A stretch of 58,709 nucleotides of DNA, the filler included, from Jimgerdemannia flammicorona (taxonomy: Eukaryota), in NCBI GenBank assembly GCA_003990765.1. It is 3 parts of 3 records of this genome, joined end to end, with 100 filler letters (N's around TTAATTAATTAA, not from the genome) between each part and the next. Parts side by side here need not be neighbours in the genome. Positions count along the whole stretch, not along the records: positions 1 to 19,506 come from RBNJ01001924.1; 2 more parts are not named here. One strand, written 5' to 3'. The notes below the pieces were generated by a model, which saw only the letters and a list, made by a program, of their open reading frames with translations, ran no database searches and was not told the origin of the DNA. Both the position numbers and the translations under genes were made by a program. Below are positions 1-11,991 of the stretch, one piece after another (within the stretch, counting starts at the first letter, position 1; each line of letters opens with the position of its first letter).

Positions 1-19
1 AAAAAAAAAAAAAAAAAAG

Positions 20-790
20 ACACCAGCTTAGTCCTATCCTTCACCAATTCTCACCCCCTACTAAGCCTCCAGCCATTGATCCCTTTCTTGCTCTTGAAGA
101 TACTCCATACTATCCTCAGAACAGAAATCATCTACTGATATATCCTCTAGCAAAAGGTGATCTCATCTTTATATCTGGGGGCTTCAGTCTATCTCATCAT
201 CATCACTCTTTCCGTAGAGGCCAATATATATGATGAGCCCCATCAACCACTCCCCACTAGAAGCTCTTAAAGTACATTCTCTAACTTCTTTTCAGTACCA
301 CCAGAGAGAATAAATCTCCAAAAGCACTTCTGGCAGAGAACTACACCTCCTATATCCTCTGTATAAGAGGAACTCACTCACAATCTCTCAGCTCACTAGC
401 TCACTTCAACCACTATACCCTCAAGCAGTATAAGTACTTTGTAAAGTCCATCAGGCCAAGGCCTCCTTAGCCTACTGATAAAGTCAATATCTTCCATCCA
501 ATCTAACTTTATCATTTAGTCCAGATCTAGGTCTTGGTCATCTTCAGAAACCATTTAACCACCTATGCTGGGAAGTCCAGATAATATCTCAGAAACTACA
601 ACTTAGATAATCAATATATATTCAACACCATCACCCTATTTAGCCTAGCCCAGATAGCTGTCCATTAGGATAAATATCTTCTCCTTCTGATATCAGAAAC
701 CTAGATGGAAATTGAGACAAGAATCAGATGAACACTTCTCTATACAATTATCTCTTCACTACTATTCCTAGTATTAGCTAATAGTAATAT
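20..790 (-). mobile_element. Degenerate non-LTR retrotransposon (L1/Tx1-like) relic, post-RT region
   Basis: Minus-strand translation around 430-670 gives NRVMVLNIY*LSKL*F...GGLGLMDF, the GRV..LN...LSKLW / GGLGL.D motifs of L1/Tx1 ORF2. Similar to 26300-26700. Many stops; boundaries approximate. Confidence 0.6.
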
Positions 791-3700
791 TATAAATAGT
801 AAATAAATCTAATTAATAATTCATAAACTTTCTGAAATAAGAAAAATCCTAAATATACATTAATCCAATCTTGAAATCAATAAGTATAGAGGACATACTC
901 TATATGAAATTGATCTTGACCTTAAGAAAATGGCCTTTCAGAATATCTAAAACTTCTAGAAAACCCTTCCAGAACTATGTAATGGTATCCTAACAAAGTA
1001 CTCTCTTATAGTCTGATACTATTAGTATAGAGATCTTAGTAAGTAGTATCTTGAGGTATTCTATAGCTATTGTGCAGGCAGGGGTCCATTCAGTCTTGAT
1101 ATTGATTCCTTTTCCTATCTGACTAGTAAGTGGAGTAGTGATTACAGAGTATCCTAGAAAATATTGAAGGAACTTAAGGGTGGTGAAGATGGAAATATCT
1201 TATAGAGCTGATATTTTTTAACAGTCTATATTGATACCATCAGCTGAGATGATGTATCTCAGATATTATACTTGCTTATCTTAGTATAAAACTGATATTC
1301 TCATAGTAAGGTCAGTATACTTTATAGGAGTATAATATAACTCAATTGTTTCACTATAGATCAGAATATCATCTATATATACTAGAATATATATATTAAG
1401 TAATAGTCTAAAGATGTTGTTCATGAGGTTCAGAAAGATTGCAGGAGTATTGTTTAGACCAAAAGATATAACTCAGAATGGTAATATCTAAATCATATCC
1501 TAAAGGCTGTTTTCTTCATATTTTTATTATTAATAAGAATCTGGTAATATCTATTTCATAGGTCTAGTAGAGAGAATATCTTAGTCTTGAAAATATAATA
1601 GAGTAGCTCATCAATCCTTAGCAGAGTATACTCATTCTTGATGGTGATTTTGTTGAGAGCTCAGTAGGTAATAAATATTTACAATAAGCTATTCTTCTTC
1701 TTATAAATAGAATAAGTGCTTCAAAGAGTGATCTGCTGGATATAATATATCCTTGAGCCAGTAGTTTGATCAATTCCTTCTTGAGGACTTTGAGTTTAGG
1801 CTAGACTTCTGTTATATTGAGATTCTACTCCTGGGATAAGATCAATCCTATGTTGGATTTAATGCTTGAGGAGAAGGTCTGTAGATTCTGGAAAATGTCT
1901 CAGAATTCCTCAAAGAATTCTTATGCTTCTGGTGAGACTAGACTAATTGGAGCTTATACTATCTCTTCTACTTTATAGCTATATTAGGTATTTATCTTCT
2001 TATAAGATAGTCTCTTTATTTTAGATAGTAGAGATGAGATCAAACTTTTAGTAATTGGTTCTATTTTGATAGAAAATTAGATTGATTCTTCTTCCTTCAT
2101 AATGTAGGTTAACTTCATTTGTTTTCTAGTTGATATCTAGATTGTATTTGTTAAAACAAGTCTTTTCTAAAATAATAGCATATCCTAGAAGATCTGCAAT
2201 ATTGATATCTAGCTTCTCTTAATATTTGCTGATGTTGAGTATTAGGTTTTCATAGCTTCAAGTTAATGATCAGATCTTGCTATTACCAAAAGTTACTTAT
2301 TTCTTCTTAGTTATTAGTTTGCTTTAGACTACAATTCTCTTGGCTGTCTTAGTTCTATGAAGTTTTCTATAGAATCACTATCTAATAAGACTACTATATC
2401 TTATTTATTGACTTGTTCTTCAAACTTAATATAACTATCCTATATACTTCTTAATAGTATTGAGCTCATTATCATTATCTCAATCAGTTTCATTATTCTC
2501 AAAGTCTGTCTTATATTATCCTTCACAAGTAGTATGGTCTGATTTGAGTTCCACTATTGTCTCCTTGACCTGACATTTTACTGTTTAAATCTTAAAAACT
2601 TTAGAGAGACAAGTATGATATTACTAATATATTCTATATAGTTTATATAAATAAAATAAGAACATTATCTATATTGTATATAAATATCTACAATTCTCTG
2701 ATACTAGATTTTAAGACTGATTTTCTTTACTTTATTGACTCTTTGCTTACTGAGAGTTCAGTCAGTAGAGCTAAATCCTTTCTTGTCTCAGTTAGTCTTA
2801 TCTAGTTCAGAGACTTCTTCAATAGTAAGATCTTCTTTAATCTTTTTAATAATGGCTTGAGCAATCTTTTAGACAATCTTTATATCAAAGAGTATATTAT
2901 TAAAGTTATATAGAATGACTTGGATTTCTTCTATAAAGTCTTAATCAATGACTTCTTCTTTTAGATCAATATTGAATTCTACTTTATTCAGCTAAGCAGA
3001 TAGCTTAGGGGCTTGCATACCAATACTAGTTTATATTGTTATATTAGGGCCTAGTAGGATAGTGAGCTCTTAGCTACTGTAGAGATTATAATCTATATTA
3101 ATTAATTATATCTTAATAGAGATAGTGGTCTTATAGAATATATTTTTTATCTTAATGATGTTTTCTGGTCTTTATTATCTAATTCTTGTTCAATTACAAT
3201 AATGCTGTATTTTCTCAGTTTGTTAGATAAGCCTTTGTTCTACTTTTCTGAACAATTATAGGATATATATTCTTTTTTCTTAAAGATAAAGTACAGGCCC
3301 TTATTTAGAAGCTGTCTTTATTAATTGTCACTATATACCTTAGTCCTTCTATACTCCTCTAGGCCTTGATTTCAGATGAGGTAGCTCTCTTGTCTTGTTG
3401 GTCCTTCCAGGTATAGGGCTTAGATAGCTAGAATTTCATAGACTTGGGTAAAATACTATGAGTAGTTACTAGTACTCTTAATAAATCTAATCAAATCAAA
3501 TTTGACCCAAATTCAATTTAATTTAATTGAATCAAAGATCCAATTTGATTCAATTCAAATTGAATCAAATGGTAATTTAATTTAAAATTTGATTTAAACC
3601 CTATTTTTAAAATATAATAACTCAATAAATATATATCCAAATTTAATAGTCTTTAGCTTATTAGATTTGTAAGATAAACCTAATAAGCTAAATATTATTA

Positions 3701-5300
3701 AATTTAGATATATTTTCTTAAATTATTATATTTCTAAAAATAAGGTTAAAATTAGATCCTTAATTTAATTCAAATTCAATTTGAAATTTATTTAAATTGA
3801 AAAATTTCCAATTTAATTTGATTTGATTTATTTGGGAGTACTAGTGCCAGTATTTCTTTGAAAGGTTCTGTTTTTTTATCTTTTGTATAAGCTATTTTGA
3901 TAATTCTATAAAGAGGTAGTTAGCTCTGATACTATTGATAGCTAAGTTGTTCTCTTAGTAGATAAGTCTCATAGTCTTAAGATAGATATCTATCCTAATG
4001 GTAAAGGTTTTAAGGTCCTTCTCATTATTTTTATACAACTTTATGTAAGTCAGCTTATTCTAGATCTCTTCAATATAGACTGTATTTTGGAATTTATTCT
4101 GCAGAAGGGTCTGGAGTCCTGGAGCTCTATTATGATCATCTTATTCTAATCTGTTATTAGTTGGGTTCTATATAATAACTTGAAGTTAATCTTCTCAGAT
4201 TACTAAATATTCTTCTAGAGTATACTTGAACTCAGCTACTATTCTTGAGAAAAAGATTGTAACTGTTTTCACTTAAGCTGCAGAAGTGATAAATAGTTGT
4301 GAAATAGTATACTCTATATATTCAGAAGGATACTCAGTCATAATTTTACTAGTTGATATAATATCATATATTAACTATTTTGATAAAGCTTTCAATATCA
4401 GTATACTTCCTACTAAAGATTGAGATTTGTAAGGTCTTAGTAGGTTTGTTCTATTTAGCTATTGGGTCTACTATTTCTATCAGAGCTACTAGCTACTGGA
4501 TCAAGGCTTAGATATAACAGCCAGTTATTGTAATTGTTATTAGAAGTACTGTGAGAGTTGATTTTTCTAATGAGATTTCTGTCTGATATAGTTGTGATAC
4601 TGTGTGACTAGAGATTACTTGGTTTTCAGATAAGAGATAAAATATATTAGTGAGAGTGAGTCTAAATCTCTGAACTGATGGTGATCTTATTTAGGTATCT
4701 ATAGTTCTTAACTTACTTGATTACTATCAGTAGCTGATTGAAATATTCTTAAACCTGCAGTTTCTTATTGACTATCTTCAGATTGATATCCTTCTTGGTC
4801 TTCTTTATAGTTACTATCTTAATAGTTTGAGTGTTATAGTACTGACTCAGTTCTTTGAAAAGAATTTCTGATTCTAATTAGGTAAATAGTTCTGCTTCTT
4901 GTTCTGAAATCTATAGAAGTAAATCTAACCATTCTTAATCTAGTTTAATTATAGAGTTTATATGATAGATTTCTACTCTACAGTTAAATAATATTCTGAT
5001 TAGAGTAGTATAGTACTGATCTGAATTAATCTACTCTTCAGCTGCTGTTTGTACTTCAGGATCAGAGATATAGTCTAAAATTTTTAATTAGCTATAGTTG
5101 TTATTTCTGGAGTTTTAATAAGACCAATATGACTTCAGACAAGTGTGTTAAACCTATAGAAGCTATAGAGATTTTTAAGGCCTAAGTGGTAGTTTCTAAA
5201 TATCTCATATAGATTAATAAAGTTGGTCTATAAGCTATTAATTGAGATCTTAATTTGATCTTTTTCTGGATCCACTTAGTCCTAATGACTATAGTAAGGT
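790..5300 (-). mobile_element. Degenerate Ty3/Gypsy LTR retrotransposon internal region (gag-PR-RT), truncated
   Basis: Minus strand shows the RT motif [21 protein letters not shown]...LVYIDDIL (~1360-1480), a protease-like VLLDSDSIENFI (~2355-2395), an eroded CCHC knuckle (~3250-3310) and gag-like sequence to ~4450. Boundaries approximate; LTRs not identified. Confidence 0.8.
3470..3843. mobile_element. Foldback MITE (hAT-like termini) inserted in the Gypsy gag region
   Basis: Termini TAGTACTC...GAGTACTA. The whole element is an imperfect palindrome with central arms TTTAGCTTATTAGATTT / AAACCTAATAAGCTAAA. Related copies at 20040-20437 and 39209-39404. No clean TSD at this copy. Confidence 0.7.
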
Positions 5301-5449
5301 AAGTCTCAATTTGTGGGTCAATTATTGAATTATTAACAGTTAGTTCTAAGTATTCTCTTATCTAATATTTGGTTTAGATCCAACTTATAAGAGGGTTTTA
5401 ATACTATCTTAGTTTAAAATTCTACTGCTATTAAGTTATAATAATTCTT

Positions 5450-6272
5450 ATTTCTACTCCTCTCTTATTCTTAGATAATTTGAAAAGTAAGATATTACTT
5501 AGAGACTTGACATATATATATATATATCAAGAAGCCTTTCAATTGTTCCTTTACTTAGTAGTATTTATTAAGATTAAAGAAGTACTATTTCTTTGAATAG
5601 AGAATAGAATATAATCTGTAGCTAATTGGCTGACAGTTAGCTAGTATTAGTAAGAAGAAAGTCTGGCTAGTGTTTGATCTTAGAGTACTGAGGTATAGTA
5701 GTAGCTTTCTCTAAAGTTTTGAGTAATATAGTGATATATACTGAGGAAGAATATTATGTTGAACTTTCACTTGAGTTATTTAGTTAATTGTAGAACTTTA
5801 ATTGTGAAGAGTATTATAATATTAGGTAAGAGATAAATTTTATACAGATGTCAAAATATTGGCTAAGTGAGTATAAGATTCTTAGAGACTTCTGAGTAAT
5901 AGTTGATAGTTGTTTAGAAGTAATAAAGTAAGAAAGTAAAGAGGGAGATCATTGGGGGAACTTGAAGTTGAGATTAGTGAAGTATATATATTAGTAATGA
6001 GTGACTCACTATTAAGCAGGCTTTAGTAGTATGGGTGAGATTGACTAGATATTAGCTATATATATATATTTAAAGATAAAAGATAGAAAAAATTAGAGAA
6101 GCAGATGATATAGTAAAAGGAGTTGGTAATGGACAATCTATCTGACTAGTAGTGGGGGTAGAGTACTCAGAGTAGTCACTATTACTACATAATAGAGAGG
6201 ATCTATGAGAAAAGTAATAAGAGAGAGTAGTTATTAATAATCAGATAGTATTCTAATATAAAGAAGTGAGAG
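5450..6272 (+). mobile_element. 3' fragment of an L1/Tx1-like LINE, interrupted by the Copia element
   Basis: 5600-6272 aligns by eye with 26870-27530. The sequence resumes after the Copia at 19489 (GGGAGAAAGAGG). Confidence 0.7.
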
Positions 6273-6432
6273 TATTGTAGAATACTTGAAAGAGTGGAGA
6301 GAAGAGAGAGAGAGATATTGTTTATTAATACTAGCTTATATGCTTTTATATGTACTGATGATATTTATAAATGATGATATATTCAAGCTGTGCCACCATA
6401 TATTAAGTTGCTATAACTAAGATATTTCAATA
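6273..6432 (-). repeat. Copia 3' LTR
   Basis: Direct repeat of 19327-19488, differing mostly by transitions. Confidence 0.9.
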
Positions 6433-8444
6433 CTTCTACTCAATAAGATATGTTTCAGAATATGCAGAATATATAAATAAAAGATTAACTAAATATGACC
6501 AACTGGATGCTATCTAGATAATCAAAAAAGGTTGAAATTCTCTACTTATAAGTATAAAAATAGGTAAACAGAGTAGTGAAAAATGAAGATCCAGAACAAT
6601 GTTATTAAAGATAAATACTCATAATGGAATAAAACTAGTAATATTGATAAAAGATATATATACAAGATGTAAGATATAGTAGAAAGCTTTTAGCACTCTG
6701 AAAATCTTTCTATTATATCTATATTATTACTACTTACTGCTTACTATCATAGAATTACTACTTACTGACATATAGTCCCTATTAGCATAGAGTTATCTGT
6801 AAGTCTCATTCCTTATATATATAAGTTAAACCTAGCCTTTAGAGGAGCTTTAGTTAACAAATCTGTCATCATATACTTTTTGGAAGTATATTCTAAATAT
6901 ATAGTACTATTTTCTATATATTTTTATATAAAATGATACTATATATCAATGTGCTTTATTCTAGTATGATATATAGAGTTCTTTGCCATAGTAATCATAG
7001 ATTAATTATCTTGTTGAAGTAGCATAGAGTGCTATTGATTGTATCCTAATTTCTTTAGTAGTTTCCAAAGCCATATAGCTTTCTTTATTGCCATAGATAA
7101 TACTTAATACTCTGCTTATATAGATAACATTATCACCAAAAATTACTTATGTGTTTGCCATAAAATGACTCTGTTTTTACTGATTTTAAAGAGATATCCA
7201 GTTGTAGAGTACTGATTATTGAGATCTTTAACTCAGTATACATTACATATACTAGATAGCCTTATAGTACTCCCACTTGATCTATTATTATTACTACTTA
7301 AATGTAGCATATTATGCTATATCTTTGATATATCTAAAGATATACTGGATTACTATCCAATGTGAATTAATATAGCAGGATGAGTACTGTACTACTTTAT
7401 TAACTATATATAATATATCAGATCTTATTCTAAGCATAAGATACATGAGAGATCCCACAGCTTACCAATAAGGAATATTGTTATCTTTGGATATAGTATT
7501 AGACTTCTTTAGCCTCACAGATATCTTTATAGGTGTTCTGATAGGTTTGTATTCACTCATGCCAAATCATTTGAGTAGAGTCTGAATATATGTGGCTTGT
7601 AATAAGTATATAGTACACTATCATATATGATCAATATTCTAAGAAGATAGAATATGCTACCTATATTCATCATCTTGAATTTCTGATATAAAGTCACCTT
7701 TATGTTATTAATCTCATTTTTCATCAACCAGAATAATATTATTGACCCAAATTCCTAGGTATTGTAATGTGCCCTGTTCAATGCAGGCAAATTACAAGGT
7801 TGGGGGTTGATGTAGTTTGGCTTGAGCCCCCAGTTACTTTGTCAAAAATTCTATAATTCCTGAGGTCCTTGGTGGTGTTTAGTGGTATAATAGTCAAAGC
7901 TGGATATCTGTGAGCGATTTCCTTATTGGGATGGTTCTCTGGGTGTAGCGGCGATTTGTGTATGTGATGGATGATTTGGTATAGTGCGACGATCTCTGTG
8001 TAGTGCGGTGATCTCTGTATAGCATGGCGCTTTCCTTATGCATGGCAGTCTGACAATTTCAGCAGTTTTCTTCTTGGGTGACGACGATCTCCAAAAGTAT
8101 GCCATTTCTGGCAAATAACTCAATTTGGCCAGATAACTCGGTTTTGGTACGGATTCTCCTAAATCAGCGGGCTCACTGGGAATGGGTAAATAACTCAAAA
8201 ACGGCAGATAATGTGGATAATTAGGATAACTCAGAGGGCAGATAATTCAATAACTCGGATAACTCGGGAAGCTCGGATGGTGGATTCTTAGCAAGTTACA
8301 TCAAAGACTGGCTTTGTTTGCACAGGGTTACGTCGTAGACTGGCTCCACTGTGAAGTTGGGTCAGATAGACTGGCTTGTGGCAAGGTTCCTTATAGTGGG
8401 TCCTCTGGGAATACAGGTTCTTCTTGAAAATGGCAGCTTATTCC

Positions 8445-8947
8445 AGAGGAGGAGGAAGGCCCAGCGGGAGCCATGGGAGCGAACCCAGAGCCAGTGTCAA
8501 AGCGAACGGAAGATATGTGGAAAGGCGTGTATAAGGGGGATGAACAAAGAACGTAACTGAAATTGCATCAGCCATTTATTGCCACGTAAAAACATGGTCC
8601 TTATATACAAAATACGACATCCCAAAAGGGAGGACGCGCCACAACTCGGGGCAAACCGAATTAGGAACCACATGACCGCCGGAGATAGGTGGAGATAAGA
8701 GGGGAGCCAATCCCAGTTGCAGGATAAAAATCACAAACAAACACAAACAAAACAAATCCAAATCGAGATTAAAAAACATCTGCAGACCCCGGAGGGGTGA
8801 GCGTGAGCGAGGGGTGAGGCCGAAACAGAGCGAGCCGCAGCGAGCCCGAGCGAAGCGAGGGGCTGAAGGCAGTGGAGGGGAGCGGAGTAAGGCCGAGACC
8901 CCGGAGTGAGCGCGAGACCCCGGAGGGGGCAAGGATGTTTTTTAATC
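8445..8947 (-). repeat. PLE pseudo-LTR, 3' copy
   Basis: Near-identical to 11920-12421 and, inverted, to 13525-14027. Includes the first ~24 codons of ORF1. Confidence 0.95.
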
Positions 8948-11026
8948 CTCTCCAGCAGAGCCAGAGGCACCAGAAGGTGATGAAAACACAAAACGAGAAT
9001 GATGGATTAAAGAAGAAACAGAAGGAAGACGCGAATGAGCAATCAGAGGGCGTCGGGAAAGAGATGAAAGTCCATGGCGGGAAAGAGAAGAGCGCAGGAC
9101 GATATCAGGGCGTTGAGCAACCCAGCGAGCACAATCAAATAGTACGACGAGAATCGGGGGTGGGAAAGAAGAGGGGGTATAGAGAGGGTAAGGGGGGAGA
9201 GAGGGAAGGGAGGGGGGGTAAAGGGGAGAGAGAAGGGAAGATCGAACAACAGACCATTCAACAGAAGCAAGCAGATCGCGAACAATAGAAATTGGGTAGG
9301 CACAACGATGGACCACGAAGTTGCCAAGAACCCGAACAGCAGACACCCAGTCAGAACGACAGGAGCAGCATAGTGCAAGACGACAAGCCTCACCACGAAC
9401 ACATTCAAGAAGAGTGCGATGAGGATGGTTGGACAAGAAGTCAGGGAACTGTTGGGAACGTGGAAAATGAGAATAAACAACAGTTCGGAAAGGAGAAAGA
9501 GAAATGGAAAGGTCCAAAAAGGGAATACTGGTCGTACCACACACCCAAGTAATAGAATGATGGGGAGGATAGACACCACGAAACACACTAGGGATATCAA
9601 TACCAGCAACAGCAAGGACGATAAAGTCATCGATGTATCGGCGAAAGAAGATATCCCCAGCCCAGAACGCGATGGAAAGAGGTGAAGAAGGATCACGTAT
9701 CGCACGCAGTTCATGAGCCAAGCCAACAAGATTGGCAAGGGTGGGGGCACAATTCGTACCCATGGCAATACCAGAAGTCTGGTGAAAGGAGCCAAGGGCT
9801 GACTCAAAATAATTAGAGCCGCAGACGAGGAGCGTAAGCTCAACAATGGAAGCCAGTGAGACAGGGGAGTCCAAAGGAAATACAATGGAACCCAAGAAGC
9901 GAAGGCAATCATCGATCTCATCAAAACGAATAGCAGTGTAGAAGGAGGAGAAGTCACCAGAGGCCAAATGGGAAAAATGGTGAACAGGCACAATGGTGGA
10001 GCAGAGAAGGGCGAGCTCCAGAGTATCACGAAGAATGGTATACTCAGGCCCAAGACGGTGTTGTAAAAGAGCCATCCAAGAGAGAAAGAAGTGGGATAAC
10101 CACTTAGAAATCTCAGTAGTGGGGGAGTTATAAGCAGCCGTAATGGGATGCCAAGCCAAAGTAGGCTTGTGAACTTTAGAAAGGGCATAAAAAACCGGAA
10201 GACAAATGTCCGGAGAGGATAAAGAGTCCTGGAAGAAGTTAAAAATAGGGTTCGCAAACGGGGAATCCGAAAGCAACCTAGCATGAGCTAAGATAACCCG
10301 AAGAAGAGTGAGAACCTCATCCAATCCAAGAGCACTAGGCTCATAAGCCACGGCTCGAAGGAGGGCAGAAAGGCCATCAAGGTAGAGCAACTTAGGAATA
10401 AGTGCAAAACCCTGATTCTTATCAGTGACTGTGAGCAAATACATAGGCAATTGCTTGACCGATTTAAGTGCGGTACGCACGGCATGGTCCGAAACCAAGC
10501 AAGAGTGAGTGCATCCAGGAATGGACAACAAGCAAGCCATGTCGAGGAATACGCAGTGTGAAGAGACATTGGGAGGGGGGACCCAATCGCTAGGAACAAA
10601 ATAGCGAGAGGGCATCTCACCACGATCTTTGAAGAAGATGGCAAGGTCAAGAGCATGACGAAAACATGTGAGACGAGCCGGATCGGTGAAGGAGAATTGT
10701 GAGGGAGTCGCAGGAAAAACAAAGTGAGGACCCAAAGATAAGGCAAAGACTTGAAGGGGAGAAAGAGGGCAGTCAGCCAAAGAAAAAGGAGGATACAAAA
10801 GTGTTCCAAGAGAAGAATAAACCTGAAAGTTCGGGACAAGCAACTGGGAAAGGCGAAGGGGGGACAACATGAGGAACCACTCAGGGTACACCAGAAGCGA
10901 CAACGGGATCCGAGACAGGACGGGGACACTGGGGGAGAACCAGGCCGGGGGGAAGTTTAGGAGTGGGAGGTCTTCCCCTTCCCTCTGACTTTTTTTGAAG
11001 GTGGCGAACCCGACGAACAGGAGCAC
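8942..11026 (-). CDS. Penelope-like reverse transcriptase, 694-codon uninterrupted frame, no GIY-YIG domain
   Basis: Motifs ALSLGPHF, TDKNQG, PVFYALSKVHKP..WHPI, DFSSFYTAI, GIAMGTNCAPTLANL, FRRYIDD, IPFLDLSI, NHP...GEACRL..CS and RPLIAHSR, then a stop within ~30 aa. True start uncertain: 11026 is GTG and the first in-frame ATG is ~10870. Confidence 0.93.
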   Translation of the reverse strand: MLLFVGFATFKKSQREGEDLPLLNFPPAWFSPSVPVLSRIPLSLLVYPEWFLMLSPLRLSQLLVPNFQVYSSLGTLLYPPFSLADCPLSPLQVFALSLGPHFVFPATPSQFSFTDPARLTCFRHALDLAIFFKDRGEMPSRYFVPSDWVPPPNVSSHCVFLDMACLLSIPGCTHSCLVSDHAVRTALKSVKQLPMYLLTVTDKNQGFALIPKLLYLDGLSALLRAVAYEPSALGLDEVLTLLRVILAHARLLSDSPFANPIFNFFQDSLSSPDICLPVFYALSKVHKPTLAWHPITAAYNSPTTEISKWLSHFFLSWMALLQHRLGPEYTILRDTLELALLCSTIVPVHHFSHLASGDFSSFYTAIRFDEIDDCLRFLGSIVFPLDSPVSLASIVELTLLVCGSNYFESALGSFHQTSGIAMGTNCAPTLANLVGLAHELRAIRDPSSPLSIAFWAGDIFFRRYIDDFIVLAVAGIDIPSVFRGVYPPHHSITWVCGTTSIPFLDLSISLSPFRTVVYSHFPRSQQFPDFLSNHPHRTLLECVRGEACRLALCCSCRSDWVSAVRVLGNFVVHRCAYPISIVRDLLASVEWSVVRSSLLSPLYPPSLPSLPPYPLYTPSSFPPPILVVLFDCARWVAQRPDIVLRSSLSRHGLSSLSRRPLIAHSRLPSVSSLIHHSRFVFSSPSGASGSAGED

Positions 11027-11046
11027 ACCCCATCAGAGTGCCAGAC

Positions 11047-11991
11047 CTAGCGGCCACAGGCCTTCGTGCAGCCCTTGCATTCAGGGGCACAGGTCGAGGA
11101 GGCAGAGGAGGAACCGGCGGAGGAGGTGGAAGGCAAGCGAGCAGCTGAAGGGGCAGCAGCGCGAGGAATACCACCATGGGGGCAGACGAAGCCTGATTGG
11201 GCTTGGCAGGGGTCTTGGTGGGGGTCTTGGAGGGGGCCTTGGCGGTGGCGGCAGCGAAGGAGCGAACCTCAGCATGAGCAGCAGCCCGAGCTTCAGCGCG
11301 AATGGCCTTGGAGACCGAAACCTCAGATGGTGGCGCGAGCAGAAGCGGTGGCGCGAGATGACTCTTGCTCGTAAAGACAAGCAACGAAGGAGGTGCCGGC
11401 GAGGAGGAAGCGACGTACAGCATCGATGTCGGCAGCGACAGAAGGAACTTAATGGATGGCAAAGCCACAAAAGGGGGCAGCATCCGAGAGGTGAGAGGAG
11501 GCGAAGGCCACGAAAGTGGCACAGGCACGATGGAAGGAGGTGGAGGCGGCGGCGGCGGAAGCAGCGGCGGCATCAGCAGTGGCGAGTTTGGCGGCAGCAG
11601 TGGCGGCGCGAACCTCTTCAGAGAGGGCTTGGCGGCGGGCCTCAGGGAGGACAGAATAGCGGATGGTGGACGGAGCGACGACGTCGATGTCATGGCGGAG
11701 ATGAGCCTCCTTGGCAGAGAGGGCAAGAACCGACCGGAACTGAGAAAGGAGCGGATGACCAGAAGGATGAAGGTCCAGGGGGAGGGAAAGAATGGCAGAT
11801 GAGACATAGGTCTTGAACGAGACAGTGGCGGGGGTGAAGGCAGGGGGGGGAGGAGGAGGAAGAACCTCATCCATGAGCTCGTCGACGAGGACGGAGGCCC
11901 CGAGGGCAGACGGTACAGCAGAGGAGGAGGAAGGCCCAGTGGGAGCCATGGGAGCGAACCCAGAGCCAGTGTCAAAGTGAACGGAAGACAT
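11047..11991 (-). pseudogene. ORF1 of the Penelope-like element, Ala-rich and helical/coiled-coil-like, disrupted
   Basis: ATG at 11991 lies inside the pLTR (MSSVHFDTGSGFAPMAP..). Ala-rich helix RRQALSEEVRAATAAAKLATADAAAA; in-frame TAA at 11449-11451, with the frame continuing VPSVAADIDAVRRFLL. The middle segment reads better in another frame (KAIRAEARAAAHAEVR). Ends TAG at 11047. Confidence 0.6.

Noticed and set aside
8445..8460. Telomeric repeats at the PLE junctions
   Set aside because: No TTAGGG-like arrays; AGAGGAGGAGGAAGG is simply the ORF1 poly-Ser codons.
9043..11816. Long overlapping ORFs (9043-10284, 10288-10929, 10995-11816 and others)
   Set aside because: Shadow frames of the GC-rich, strand-skewed RT/ORF1 with no recognisable motifs.
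11870..11920. HDV-like ribozyme just downstream of the fixed 3' end (TCCTCGT loop-like motif)
   Set aside because: P3 is mismatched and I could not build P1/P2 from the observed end.
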